From assembly GCA_030530485.1 (NCBI GenBank), contig JAUMUX010000003.1:13685-77684 (forward strand): DNA of 64,000 nucleotides. The letters run 5' to 3'. The notes below the pieces were generated by a model. It saw only the letters and a list, made by a program, of their open reading frames with translations. It made no database searches and was not told the origin of the DNA. Source of the DNA: a bacterium (GTDB taxonomy: Bacteria > Patescibacteriota > Saccharimonadia > Saccharimonadales > Saccharimonadaceae). The first letter of the stretch is position 1, and each line of letters begins with the position of its first letter. The translations under genes were made by a program, and so were the position numbers. Below are positions 48,972 to 58,249 of this stretch, piece after piece.

Positions 48972-49661
48972 ATGGCACGAAGCGAAAAAACTTTTCGAAA
49001 TCGACGCATTTGGGGCTTGATTTTTATTGCCACTTTGGCGATTTTTTCCATTTTTTCGAATCCAGATTTCTGGCAAAAGGGCGAAAATTCGAAAGCCGAA
49101 ATTAGCCAAAGTGCGAACATTTCTGAAGCTCGCGAGGCGCTGGAAAAGCTCGAAGTGAAGGAGGGTCGCGCGCCCAAAACGGGCTATTCGCGCGAGCAAT
49201 TTGGCAAGGGCTGGACGAAAAATAGCGACGGCTGCGACACCCGCAACCGAATTTTGAAGCGAGATTTAACCGAAACTACCGAAAACGCCAAATGCCAGAT
49301 TTTGACGGGCGTTTTAAACGACCCTTACACTGGCGAAAAAATCCAATTTGCGCGCGGCGAAAATTCCAGCGCGGTGCAAATCGATCACGTCGTGGCGCTC
49401 TCCGACGCTTGGCAAAAAGGCGCCCAAAATTTATCGCCTGAAAAACGCACCGAATTAGCCAACGACCCGCTCAATCTTCTTGCGGTCGACGGCTCGGCGA
49501 ATCAACAAAAATCCGATTCAGACGCCGCCAGCTGGCTACCCGCCAACAAAAGCTTCCGCTGCGAATATGTCTCGCGCCAAGTTTTGGTTAAGCGGAAATA
49601 TTCGCTCTGGCTCACGCAAGCTGAAAAATCCACAATTCAAGCAATTTTCGAAAAATGTTAG
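48972..49661 (+). CDS. secreted/membrane-anchored DUF1524 (GmrSD C-terminal-like, HNH-type) nuclease
   Basis: N-terminal TM/signal; GYSREQFGKGWTKNSDGCDTRNRILKRDL and IDHVVALSDAW match the actinobacterial extracellular DUF1524 nuclease pattern. Confidence 0.6.
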   Translation: MARSEKTFRNRRIWGLIFIATLAIFSIFSNPDFWQKGENSKAEISQSANISEAREALEKLEVKEGRAPKTGYSREQFGKGWTKNSDGCDTRNRILKRDLTETTENAKCQILTGVLNDPYTGEKIQFARGENSSAVQIDHVVALSDAWQKGAQNLSPEKRTELANDPLNLLAVDGSANQQKSDSDAASWLPANKSFRCEYVSRQVLVKRKYSLWLTQAEKSTIQAIFEKC

Positions 49662-50635
49662 CTTTCGATTTCGAAAATATCTTGAATTTCGAAATCCGCA
49701 CCCTGCACCACCGCGCCCAAAAGTTCCGCATCCACCGCGCCGAGCTTTTCTTGATGCAAGAAAAATTCCGCCGCAAAGCGCATTTGGCGAATTTTCTTTT
49801 TCGAAATCGCACTTTCGCCGCCACCAAAAACAGCATTTTTTCGAAATTTCACCTCTGTAAAATAATATTTTTGCCCTTTTTTCGAAACAATATCAATTTC
49901 GCAAAATTTATTTTTCCAATTGCGCGCTAAAATCTGGTGCCCGTCTTGCGCCAAAAATTCCGCCACTTTCTCCTCGGCTAAATCGCCAATTTGTTTTGTT
50001 GTAATTTTGTCATCATTTTTTATAGGTTTAGTCGCTGGCGATTTTTGCGTAAGTTCAGTAATCGGCTTGAAGCTCTGGCGATGCATTTTGCTCGCGCCAA
50101 ATTCCGCCAAAGCCGCGCGATGCTTTGCGGTGCCATAGCCCGCGTGATTTTCGAAACCATAATTCGAAAACTCTGGCTTTTTCGAAAGTTCCGCCATAAA
50201 TTTATCGCGCGCAACTTTCGCCGAAATCGCCGCCGCCGAAACGCTCGAAATCAGCAAATCAGCTTTCTTGAGCGTCGAAACGTATTTTTCGAAAGGCGTT
50301 TCCGCCAAAAAATTCACCGTGCCATCAATAATAATTTCGCTAAATTGCACGTTTTGCGCCTTGCATTGCCGTTGCGCTTCTTTCACTGCACGTCGAGTAG
50401 CGAGCCGCAAACTTTCGCTCAAACCAAGCGAATCGATTTCTACGTTCGAGACCCAGCCCAAGCCAACAATCGCCGAACTTTCTTCGATTTTCGCCGCCAG
50501 ATTTTCGCGCTGTTTTTTCGAAAGCGCTTTCGAATCAGTCAAACCTTCGATTTTTGCGCCATTCAAAACACAAGCTCCCACCACCAGCGGACCCGCCCAC
50601 GAGCCACGCCCAACTTCGTCAATCCCCAAAATCAT
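49658..50635 (-). CDS. rnhB: ribonuclease HII fused to a C-terminal YraN-family (UPF0102) endonuclease domain
   Basis: residues 1-200 are RNase HII (GIDEVGRGSWAGPLV, DSK); residues 215-325 align with E. coli YraN (CEIDIVSKKGQKYYFTEVKFRKNAVFGGGESAISKKK vs GEIDLI...FVEVRYRRSALYGGAAASVT). Confidence 0.8.
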   Translation of the reverse strand: MILGIDEVGRGSWAGPLVVGACVLNGAKIEGLTDSKALSKKQRENLAAKIEESSAIVGLGWVSNVEIDSLGLSESLRLATRRAVKEAQRQCKAQNVQFSEIIIDGTVNFLAETPFEKYVSTLKKADLLISSVSAAAISAKVARDKFMAELSKKPEFSNYGFENHAGYGTAKHRAALAEFGASKMHRQSFKPITELTQKSPATKPIKNDDKITTKQIGDLAEEKVAEFLAQDGHQILARNWKNKFCEIDIVSKKGQKYYFTEVKFRKNAVFGGGESAISKKKIRQMRFAAEFFLHQEKLGAVDAELLGAVVQGADFEIQDIFEIES

Positions 50636-50700
50636 ACTTCTATTTTAACAATTTTTAGCCAAAAATAAAACCGCCCATCTGAGCGATTTTAATTTCTGAA

Positions 50701-51144
50701 TTAAGCTTCTTTTTCTTCAGCCTTTTCTTCTTTAGCTTCAACTTTTTCTTCAGCTTTTGGCGCTTCTGGCAAAGTGTTTACCGCTTCACGGTCGAAGGCT
50801 ACAGCTTTAAGGCGAGCGCTTTTACCGCTACGATTTCGCAAGAATGAAAGGTAGTTTCGGCGAACTTTCGCGCGGCGCACGATTTCAACTTTTTCTACCA
50901 ATGGACTGTGCAGCAAGAATGATTTTTCTACGCCCACGCCGCTGGCGATTTTGCGCACTGTAATTCGCGAAGTGTGTGATTTTTTACGGTCGGTTCGAAT
51001 CACTACGCCTTCGAAAACCTGAATTCGCTCTTTATTTCCTTCTTTAATTTTTTGGTGAACGCGAACAGTGTCGCCACTTTGCACATCGAGAACAGCGTCT
51101 TTTTTCTGCGCTTCGTTAACTTTTTTGATTAATTCAAAACTCAT
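50701..51144 (-). CDS. rplS: 50S ribosomal protein L19 with K/E-rich C-terminal extension
   Basis: conserved L19 core over residues 1-115; tail EAPKAEEKVEAKEEKAEEKEA. Confidence 0.9.
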   Translation of the reverse strand: MSFELIKKVNEAQKKDAVLDVQSGDTVRVHQKIKEGNKERIQVFEGVVIRTDRKKSHTSRITVRKIASGVGVEKSFLLHSPLVEKVEIVRRAKVRRNYLSFLRNRSGKSARLKAVAFDREAVNTLPEAPKAEEKVEAKEEKAEEKEA

Positions 51145-51221
51145 ATTTTCTCTCTTTAACTTTAATATCTACAATTCAAGAAATATTATAACAAACTCGA
51201 AGCGATTTGTAAAGAGTAAAA

Positions 51222-51710
51222 TTAACGCATATCATTGCTTGCGCAATACCAGCCGCCACCTTCAAGCCCAAATACAACTACAATATTTTTATTATCATTT
51301 CCGACGATATCGCGCGGAATGTTATTTTGACAATAACCACCGTCATCAAAACCATAATATCCAGCTTTAATGCTTTGATAGTTAACATAAAGTGGTCCGC
51401 CCCAATTATTCGACATATCAATTTCATATAATTGTCCTGTTGATGGGTCTCGCATTTGATCTTCGGTTAAATAACCATCTGCAACCATTTCAGAAACTCG
51501 TGGTCGTGTTACTATGCCTCGATTGTTTGCATATTTACGCCTATAGGCATCTATAATCAAACTAGCAGAATTTTTACGCTGAGCATCACGCTGGCTTCGC
51601 TGAAGTGCGGGCAAGGCAATGAATACCATCAAGAAAATCAGCCCCGCAATCGCGAGCACCAAAACTACTTCAATAATTGTGAATCCTTTAAAATGTTTAT
51701 ACTTTTCCAT
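51222..51710 (-). CDS. type IV pilin (prepilin with class III signal peptide)
   Basis: start at MEKYKHFKG|FTIIEVVLVLAIAGL with Gly-1/Glu+5 prepilin motif; AT-rich variable C-terminal region. Confidence 0.75.
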   Translation of the reverse strand: MEKYKHFKGFTIIEVVLVLAIAGLIFLMVFIALPALQRSQRDAQRKNSASLIIDAYRRKYANNRGIVTRPRVSEMVADGYLTEDQMRDPSTGQLYEIDMSNNWGGPLYVNYQSIKAGYYGFDDGGYCQNNIPRDIVGNDNKNIVVVFGLEGGGWYCASNDMR

Positions 51711-51756
51711 AAACTCAATTATAGCGTTTTTTTTTTTGCGAGTCAAGGTTGTAAAT

Positions 51757-53388
51757 TTAAAGCACACGGTTGATTTCTTCGATGGTGGTTTCTCCACGCA
51801 GCGCCGCCAAAACACCTTGCTGAATTAGCGTAATCAAGCCATCTTCGCGCGCCTGCTTTTCGATGACTTCCGCCGAAATCGAACCACGCTCGCCGCGCAA
51901 AAAAGCCGCGATGTTTTCATTCACCAACATCATTTCCATTATCACCATTCGCCCCTTGTAGCCAAACGGATTTTCGGCGCTGACGATTGGTTTCCATAGC
52001 TTGAAATCGCCCGAAATATCTTGCGGAATTTTCTCGCGAGGAACACCTTCGAGCACTTTTCGAATCCAATTTTTAGTGGCTTCATCTGGTGTGTATTCTT
52101 GTTTGTTCGAATCGAGTTTTCGCACCAAGCGCTGAGCAATCAGCAAGCGAATTGCGCTCGAAAAAATTGGGTTCATACCAATCATATCAATCATTCGCGA
52201 AAAAGCCGCCGAAGTCGAATTGGCGTGAAAGCTCGAAAGCACCAAATGGCCCGTAATCGAAGCTTGAATCGCCGTCCGCGCCGTTTCGTTATCGCGAATT
52301 TCGCCCACCATTACCACATCTGGGTCGAGGCGCAAAACCGAGCGAAGGCCTTCACTAAAACTCGCGCCCCGCGTCGTATCAATCGGAATCTGCGAAATCC
52401 CGCCAATGCCGTATTCAATTGGGTCTTCCAGCGTGATAATTTTGCGGTCGGTGGTATTGAGCGCATTCAACATTGAATAAAGCGTGGTCGATTTACCTGA
52501 ACCAGTCGGTCCAATCATCAACACCATACCGTGCGGGTGCGAAATCACTTCGTCAATCTCGGCGCGCTGGGCTTTTTCAATTCCCAACAAATCAAGCTGA
52601 AACATACTTTCGTCAAAGTTGAAAAGGCGCAAAACGGCGTCCATACCATACATCGTCGGCACAGTTTCAACACGCAAATTCAAAAGATGCGAAGCGCCCG
52701 ATTCGTCGAAAATGTCTTTTTGCATATGCCCCGATTGTGGCGTTTGCGCGGCGCTTGAAACGCCCGCCCGCGAAGAAAGCTCGCCCATAATCACTCGGTA
52801 GCGGTCGCGACTGAGTTCCGCCACAGGATGTAAAGCACCATCAACACGCATTCGGATTCGAATTGAATGTCGCTGATTTTCGATATGAATATCGCTCGCA
52901 CCCAGCCTATCCGCTTGGTCGATTAGATAATCGAAGACTTTATCCGAAGCCACATTATCCAGCGTTTGCGAAACTTGCGCCAGGGTCTCGCTGTCGCCCT
53001 CGCTGGCAATCTCGATGTCGTCGTAAATCACTTCTCTCGGCGGGTCGTAGCGCCGCATAATTTTCTTCCATGCCGACTCGGAAATTAAATAAAATTCAAT
53101 ATTTTTGCCGTCGTCTTCGTAAGTTTGGCGTAATTTTTGCACCACCGAACGCGGCGTGCGGCTGGTTATCATCACTAGCCAAGGCTGATTTGTTGGTTCA
53201 TCGCCCGCTTGAAGCGCCGCCAAAAAACCCGCATACATTTGCTCTTTCGAAAAAACATTCATCGCTAGCGGAAAAGTATCTTCAAATTCGCGCGCATCAA
53301 GATAAGCCAAGCCGAGAATCTCCGCTCGCTTTCTGGTGGCATTTTCTTCTTCTTCGCGCCTCCGAATCTGAATTTGGTGTTCATCCAT
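51757..53388 (-). CDS. pilB: type IV pilus assembly ATPase PilB / GspE family
   Basis: 543 aa; Walker A GPTGSGKST, Asp box, His box, tetracysteine-free GspE C-terminal domain. Confidence 0.9.
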   Translation of the reverse strand: MDEHQIQIRRREEEENATRKRAEILGLAYLDAREFEDTFPLAMNVFSKEQMYAGFLAALQAGDEPTNQPWLVMITSRTPRSVVQKLRQTYEDDGKNIEFYLISESAWKKIMRRYDPPREVIYDDIEIASEGDSETLAQVSQTLDNVASDKVFDYLIDQADRLGASDIHIENQRHSIRIRMRVDGALHPVAELSRDRYRVIMGELSSRAGVSSAAQTPQSGHMQKDIFDESGASHLLNLRVETVPTMYGMDAVLRLFNFDESMFQLDLLGIEKAQRAEIDEVISHPHGMVLMIGPTGSGKSTTLYSMLNALNTTDRKIITLEDPIEYGIGGISQIPIDTTRGASFSEGLRSVLRLDPDVVMVGEIRDNETARTAIQASITGHLVLSSFHANSTSAAFSRMIDMIGMNPIFSSAIRLLIAQRLVRKLDSNKQEYTPDEATKNWIRKVLEGVPREKIPQDISGDFKLWKPIVSAENPFGYKGRMVIMEMMLVNENIAAFLRGERGSISAEVIEKQAREDGLITLIQQGVLAALRGETTIEEINRVL

Positions 53389-53485
53389 TAAATTTATTTT
53401 AGCACAAGCGCTTTATTTTTTCAATTAAAAATGCTAAAATATCCCCATCACTCTGGTGAAATATTTAGGAAATGAGGTCAGAAAA

Positions 53486-53818
53486 ATGATTTTCCTAAAA
53501 AAGATTCTGGGGGAAGAAGTTTTAAAAAGTCGCCGCGCGCGAGAAATCAATCCTCCTCGAAAAACTTGGAATCGTTTCTTTGATGTAGAAGGAATTTTCA
53601 TCGTCGAACTTGGCAAAATCACCAATTATTCGGCGTTTATTCGCATTTACGAAGTCGATAAAAAATCTGGTGTATTTTTCGCACAATTCACGGTGTCGAG
53701 CATTAGCGATGAATGCCAAATCTACAGCGAAGATGGCGGCGTTTCGAACGAAGTCAAAAAATATGCTTCGGAGCTAATCCAACAAGTGGTTTTGCGTTTA
53801 AAAAATGAAGGTTTTTAG
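53486..53818 (+). CDS. hypothetical protein
   Basis: about 110 aa from ATG 53486 (GAGGT RBS), no motif. Confidence 0.3.
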   Translation: MIFLKKILGEEVLKSRRAREINPPRKTWNRFFDVEGIFIVELGKITNYSAFIRIYEVDKKSGVFFAQFTVSSISDECQIYSEDGGVSNEVKKYASELIQQVVLRLKNEGF

Positions 53819-53877
53819 CGCGGCGCACGAGCCTGCGGGCTCTTTTTATTTTGGCGAAAATTTGATAAAATATTTTT

Positions 53878-54435
53878 ATGAAAAATCCGCATTCCGCCGC
53901 CAATCGCGCGCGTCAGCAAACCCGAGAAATCATTGTTTTGGCACACAATATTCGCTCCACGCATAATATCGGCGCGATTTTGCGCACCAGCGAAGGTTTT
54001 GGCGTTTCAAAAATTATTTTTAGCGGATATTCGCCTTTTCCAACTTTCGAAAATGAAAATTTCGCCCAAACGGGTCGCCTGCCACACCTTGCGCAAAAAA
54101 TCACCACGCAAATCGCCAAAACTGCACTCGGCAGCGAAAAAGATGTTCCTTTCGAAATCTCAACCGATATTTTCGAAACCATTTCGAAGCTTCGAAAAAA
54201 TAATTTCGAAATTATCGCGCTCGAACAAACCGAAGATTCAACTTTTCTGTCCGACTTAACCTTAGCTAAAACCGCCAAAATCGCCCTGCTTTTGGGCGAA
54301 GAGGTTGAAGGAATCACGCCAGAATTAGTGGCGCTTTGCGACCGCGCGCTCGAAATTCCAATGTTCGGTTTGAAAGAAAGCTTCAATGTTTCGGTCGCGG
54401 CGGGAATTGCGCTTTACAAAATCGCCTGCGAGTAA
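53878..54435 (+). CDS. SpoU/TrmH-family RNA methyltransferase (second copy in window)
   Basis: 185 aa; HNIGAILRTSEGFGV, LLLGEEVEGI, SFNVSVAAGIALYK SPOUT motifs. Confidence 0.75.
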   Translation: MKNPHSAANRARQQTREIIVLAHNIRSTHNIGAILRTSEGFGVSKIIFSGYSPFPTFENENFAQTGRLPHLAQKITTQIAKTALGSEKDVPFEISTDIFETISKLRKNNFEIIALEQTEDSTFLSDLTLAKTAKIALLLGEEVEGITPELVALCDRALEIPMFGLKESFNVSVAAGIALYKIACE

Positions 54436-54983
54436 TTTCTTTTGCTCATCTCTTTCGAAATCGCCCCAATTCGTTCGGCGATTTTTTCGAAATTATCCCA
54501 GCCGTCGTAATTGGCAAAATCTGCCCGATTCTCTTCAAACATTTGCTTTAGTTCTGCTACTGAAACCAGCCGCACTTCATCAACTTCATTTTTCGGAATC
54601 TGCAACTCTTCGATTCCAAAATTTTCGACCGCCCAAAAAACCTGGGTAAATCGGCGCTTGCCCTCGGGCGTTTCGGTAAAATCTTTCGCCGCTTCGAAAA
54701 ATCGCACATTGCGCAAGCCGATTTCCTCCTCAGTTTCACGCTCAATTGCTTGAAGATAAGTTTCGCCAGCCGCCACGTGCCCCGCCACCGCCGCAAAATC
54801 CCATTTGCCAGGATAAGTTTTTTTCGAAAAAGCCCGCCGCTGAATCAAGATTCTTCCGTGATTATCGAACAGGAACAGCGAAACCGTGCGATAAATTCGA
54901 CCCGTCGTTTTGTCGAAATTGGCTTTTTCAACCGTATCAATCATCTGGTCGGATTCATCAACAATCGGGATAATTTCATTCAT
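54414..54983 (-). CDS. NUDIX hydrolase
   Basis: Nudix box GHVAAGETYLQAIERETEEEIGL. Confidence 0.8.
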   Translation of the reverse strand: MNEIIPIVDESDQMIDTVEKANFDKTTGRIYRTVSLFLFDNHGRILIQRRAFSKKTYPGKWDFAAVAGHVAAGETYLQAIERETEEEIGLRNVRFFEAAKDFTETPEGKRRFTQVFWAVENFGIEELQIPKNEVDEVRLVSVAELKQMFEENRADFANYDGWDNFEKIAERIGAISKEMSKRNYSQAIL

Positions 54984-56329
54984 TAAACTTCGTCCTCTTC
55001 AATCACTGCAAGGCTCTGGAAAAATTCATCCTTAATTTTTTGCCATTTTTCATCTTGGCGCACCAAAAATTTAATGTCGTCATTTGAAGCGAGCATAATT
55101 TTTGTCGCTTCTTCGAGATAAATATTTCCTTGCGAGCCCTTCAGAAGAACCGCCGCGCCTTTTTCTAAAACTTGGCGGGCAAAAGTAGCCGCCTCAATGG
55201 CATTTTGGCAAGTTTTCACCTGACAACCACGCGCCCGAGCAGCTGGCGCCAAAAAACGATTAGCTTCTTCGCCCACCGTAATCACCCAAGAAAGCGAAAG
55301 CGGGTCGCAAAAATGCCCCAATTTTTGGTGTTCTTCCATCGAGGAATTTCCCAGTTCGTTCATATCTCCCAAAATCGCAATTCGCGAAGGAACTGGCAAA
55401 TTATAAAGTGTTCTCAGAGCCGCTTCGGCCGCCGCTGGGCTTGAATTGTAAGTATCGTCTATCAGAATCGAACCTTCAACGCCACGCAAGAAGTTCATTC
55501 GACCAGGTACGGGCTGGATTTTTGCTAAACCACTGGCAATTTCTTGTGCGCTCAAGCCCATCTTCGCCGCCACCGCCACCGCTGAAGTTACAGGTAATAG
55601 CGAGTGTTCGCCAAAAATCCGCACGCGAGCCGCAATTTGCCCAAATTCTGGCGTGTTGAATTTACCCAAATAGCCTTCGGGCAAATCTAAATCATCAATT
55701 TCGAAATTATATTCCGCCGAAACCGTGGTTCCGTAGGTGGTAAAATTCGGATTGTGAATTAAATTCGAAAATTCCGCAGCAATCGCGTCTCGATTCAAAA
55801 TCACCATTTTCGAAAAATCCGCCACCGTGAGTTCCTCGCGAGCCACCGCGTTTAGATTGCCAAAAAATTCCATGTGTTCAGGCGCAACCGCCGTCACCAC
55901 TGCAATATCCGGCTGCAAATAACGCCCAAATTCAGCAATATCGCCAGGCTGGTCGGTACCAAGCTCCTGAATAATCACTTGTGGTTCATTTTCACTCGGT
56001 GCTTTAATGCGCTTGCGTGCCGCGCTAAAAACCTTCAGCCATTCCCAAATATTCCGCGGATCGCCCGGAAAATCAATCCCCAAAATCGCCAGCGGTGCGC
56101 TTAAATGCGTGTTGTGATTTCCAGAATGAAGCCGCACGCGATATTTCTCTGAAAGAAGCGTCGCAATCGCCAATTTCGAACTGGTTTTACCCACCGAGCC
56201 CGCCACTGCAATCAATTTAATATCGGGGTGTTTGCGAAAATACTTCGCAACATATTTTTCAAGCTTATTAGTGATTCGTTTTTTAAACATAACTTCAATC
56301 ATTATAATACAAAATCGCCACCTTTTCAA
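54983..56329 (-). CDS. Mur ligase family protein (MurF-like UDP-MurNAc-peptide ligase)
   Basis: 448 aa; P-loop VAGSVGKTSSK, Mur ligase middle and C-terminal domains. Confidence 0.65.
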   Translation of the reverse strand: MKRWRFCIIMIEVMFKKRITNKLEKYVAKYFRKHPDIKLIAVAGSVGKTSSKLAIATLLSEKYRVRLHSGNHNTHLSAPLAILGIDFPGDPRNIWEWLKVFSAARKRIKAPSENEPQVIIQELGTDQPGDIAEFGRYLQPDIAVVTAVAPEHMEFFGNLNAVAREELTVADFSKMVILNRDAIAAEFSNLIHNPNFTTYGTTVSAEYNFEIDDLDLPEGYLGKFNTPEFGQIAARVRIFGEHSLLPVTSAVAVAAKMGLSAQEIASGLAKIQPVPGRMNFLRGVEGSILIDDTYNSSPAAAEAALRTLYNLPVPSRIAILGDMNELGNSSMEEHQKLGHFCDPLSLSWVITVGEEANRFLAPAARARGCQVKTCQNAIEAATFARQVLEKGAAVLLKGSQGNIYLEEATKIMLASNDDIKFLVRQDEKWQKIKDEFFQSLAVIEEDEV

Positions 56330-56455
56330 GTAGCGATTCTTTGCTGGTGTGCGCCCACCCGAGGGGCGTTTGTTTTATTAAATTTTTATTTATAGTGCTA
56401 TTAGGAGATGAATAAGAACAATCGCCCAATTGTTTAGCACATCAGCTATAATCAG

Positions 56456-56484
56456 ATTATACTAAATTGTTTATGTTTTGTCAA
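56456..56484 (-). promoter_or_regulatory. consensus sigma70 promoter TTGACA-17-TATAAT driving a ~120-nt structured leader into murF
   Basis: read on minus strand; leader contains the hairpins cgcccctcgggtgggcg and aatcgct...ggcgatt followed by a short T-run before the murF ATG. Confidence 0.5.
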
Positions 56485-56499
56485 ATCTTTTTCGAAAAA

Positions 56500-57312
56500 T
56501 TATAAAAATGGTGGGTAATTTGAAATTTGCTCCGCCAATTCTTCAGTAAAAAAACTTTTATCTGAAACAAATTCTTCCCAATTCTCAGCATTTTGCAGTT
56601 CGGCTTCGCCCAAATTCACAATTCGCCGCCACGCAAAATTTTCGCGAACATCGCGCGCATCCCAAGGATTAACCCGCGAATATTCCACCAAACCCAAATT
56701 CGGCACATCATATTTGCGATTTTCATAGATTTTATCCCAATCTTCGGGTAATTTTTTCTCAATATCGTAACAAGCGGTTTGAATCAATTGTTTGTGCGCC
56801 ACAATCAAGATATTTTCGTTCGAATGTTTGCGCCAAAGTTTGGTTCGAAAAGACTTGAACCGATTATAAACGTCGAAAAGGCTCTCGCCGCCATCGTAGC
56901 GGATATACCAGGGGTCATCATTCGCCAAACGCGCCGTCAAAGGAAAGTGCGAGCGCTGTTCTTGGCGCGAAACCACGCCATAAATTCCCCAAATTCGCTC
57001 ACTCAAACGGTCGTCAATTCGCCAGCGCAATTGCTGATTTTGGCTCAATTTAACCGCCGTTTCGCGTGCCCGAATAAACGGCGAAACATAAAATTTATCA
57101 AAAAATTCCATTCCGCCATACATTTTGCGCAAATTCGCCGCGCCATTTTCAGCCTGCGCAACGCCTTTTTGGCTCAAACGCTGCTTCCAATCCACGCGCG
57201 TGTTGATTTCTTCTTCAAATTCAAATTGCCCACCAAATTTTTGGTGCTGCTGAACAATATTCGATTCGCTTTGTCCGTGCCGAATCATCACAATCCGCAA
57301 AGGATTCGCCAT
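56500..57312 (-). CDS. histidine phosphatase family protein (phosphoglycerate mutase-like)
   Basis: RHG motif IVMIRHGQSESN at N-terminus. Confidence 0.75.
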   Translation of the reverse strand: MANPLRIVMIRHGQSESNIVQQHQKFGGQFEFEEEINTRVDWKQRLSQKGVAQAENGAANLRKMYGGMEFFDKFYVSPFIRARETAVKLSQNQQLRWRIDDRLSERIWGIYGVVSRQEQRSHFPLTARLANDDPWYIRYDGGESLFDVYNRFKSFRTKLWRKHSNENILIVAHKQLIQTACYDIEKKLPEDWDKIYENRKYDVPNLGLVEYSRVNPWDARDVRENFAWRRIVNLGEAELQNAENWEEFVSDKSFFTEELAEQISNYPPFL

Positions 57313-57409
57313 TTTTTCCTTTCTTTTTGCTTATGCTTTTTTAATTTTACCAGATTTCGCACAAATTGTAAAATTCGCCAAAAAATTCGAAAAATGTTAT
57401 AATCGAATT

Positions 57410-58216
57410 ATGTCAAAAAAATATTTCGAAAGTCTCCATCACGATTTTTTGTTGCTCAAAAATGGTTCGAAAATCTCTTTTTACACCGAAAAATCTTCGA
57501 AAAAACCGCTCGCTGTTTTGATTCACGGGTTTGGCGGCAACGCTTACGGCATGAATTTTTTAGCCCAAAAAATGAGCAAAAAATGGAGAGTTTTGCTTTT
57601 CGAAATGCCCAATCACGGAAAAAGTGATTTTTCAAAAATCGAAAATACCGCGGTTTTTCAAGAAATCACCGACCAGATTATCGCGAAAATTGAAGAGAAA
57701 TTCGGCAAAATCTCGCTGGTCGTTTGCCACTCGATTAGCTGTTGCGCGATTTCGGAAAATGTTTCTTCACGCATTTCAAGCGCCCTAATCACCCCTGTTT
57801 TTGCCACTTCGCCCGCTTATAATTTTGGCGCGGAATTGCTCTTTCGTTCCAAAATTTTTGCGCTTATTTCAAACTTCTGGCTCTGGTCGCCAATCAAGGC
57901 AACTTTTTTGATTCGCAATTGGCACAAAAAATCCGTGCGAAACGTTTTCGAAAATATGCTCCATTCTCAGCCCAGTTTTCGACAAATTATTGCTCAAGCT
58001 AAAATGTCGAAAATCGTGCTCGAAAAGCCGCTCCTGCGAGAAAGTTCGAAAAATATTAAATTTCTGATTATCGGCGGGCGGGATGGAATGAGCGAAAAGC
58101 TTTCTGAAAATCAGCGTGAAATGTTCTTTCCGAATGCGCAAATTCACACACTAAAAACTGGACATCTTTTGCCGCTCGAGATTCCTGAAAAGGTCGCCGA
58201 AATCCTCCAAAATTAA
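57410..58216 (+). CDS. alpha/beta-fold hydrolase
   Basis: 268 aa; HGFGGN oxyanion region, nucleophile elbow around VCHSIS, C-terminal GH catalytic His. Confidence 0.55.
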   Translation: MSKKYFESLHHDFLLLKNGSKISFYTEKSSKKPLAVLIHGFGGNAYGMNFLAQKMSKKWRVLLFEMPNHGKSDFSKIENTAVFQEITDQIIAKIEEKFGKISLVVCHSISCCAISENVSSRISSALITPVFATSPAYNFGAELLFRSKIFALISNFWLWSPIKATFLIRNWHKKSVRNVFENMLHSQPSFRQIIAQAKMSKIVLEKPLLRESSKNIKFLIIGGRDGMSEKLSENQREMFFPNAQIHTLKTGHLLPLEIPEKVAEILQN

Positions 58217-58249
58217 AATGCGGTTCTTAAGCCGCATTTTCGTTTGGGT

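Noticed and set aside
56380-56410. Plus-strand terminator-like hairpin gcgcccacccgaggggcg followed by a T-run, with no plus-strand gene upstream
   Set aside because: It is better explained as part of the minus-strand murF leader that starts at the consensus promoter 56484-56456. A plus-strand sRNA cannot be excluded, but it has only a weak promoter.
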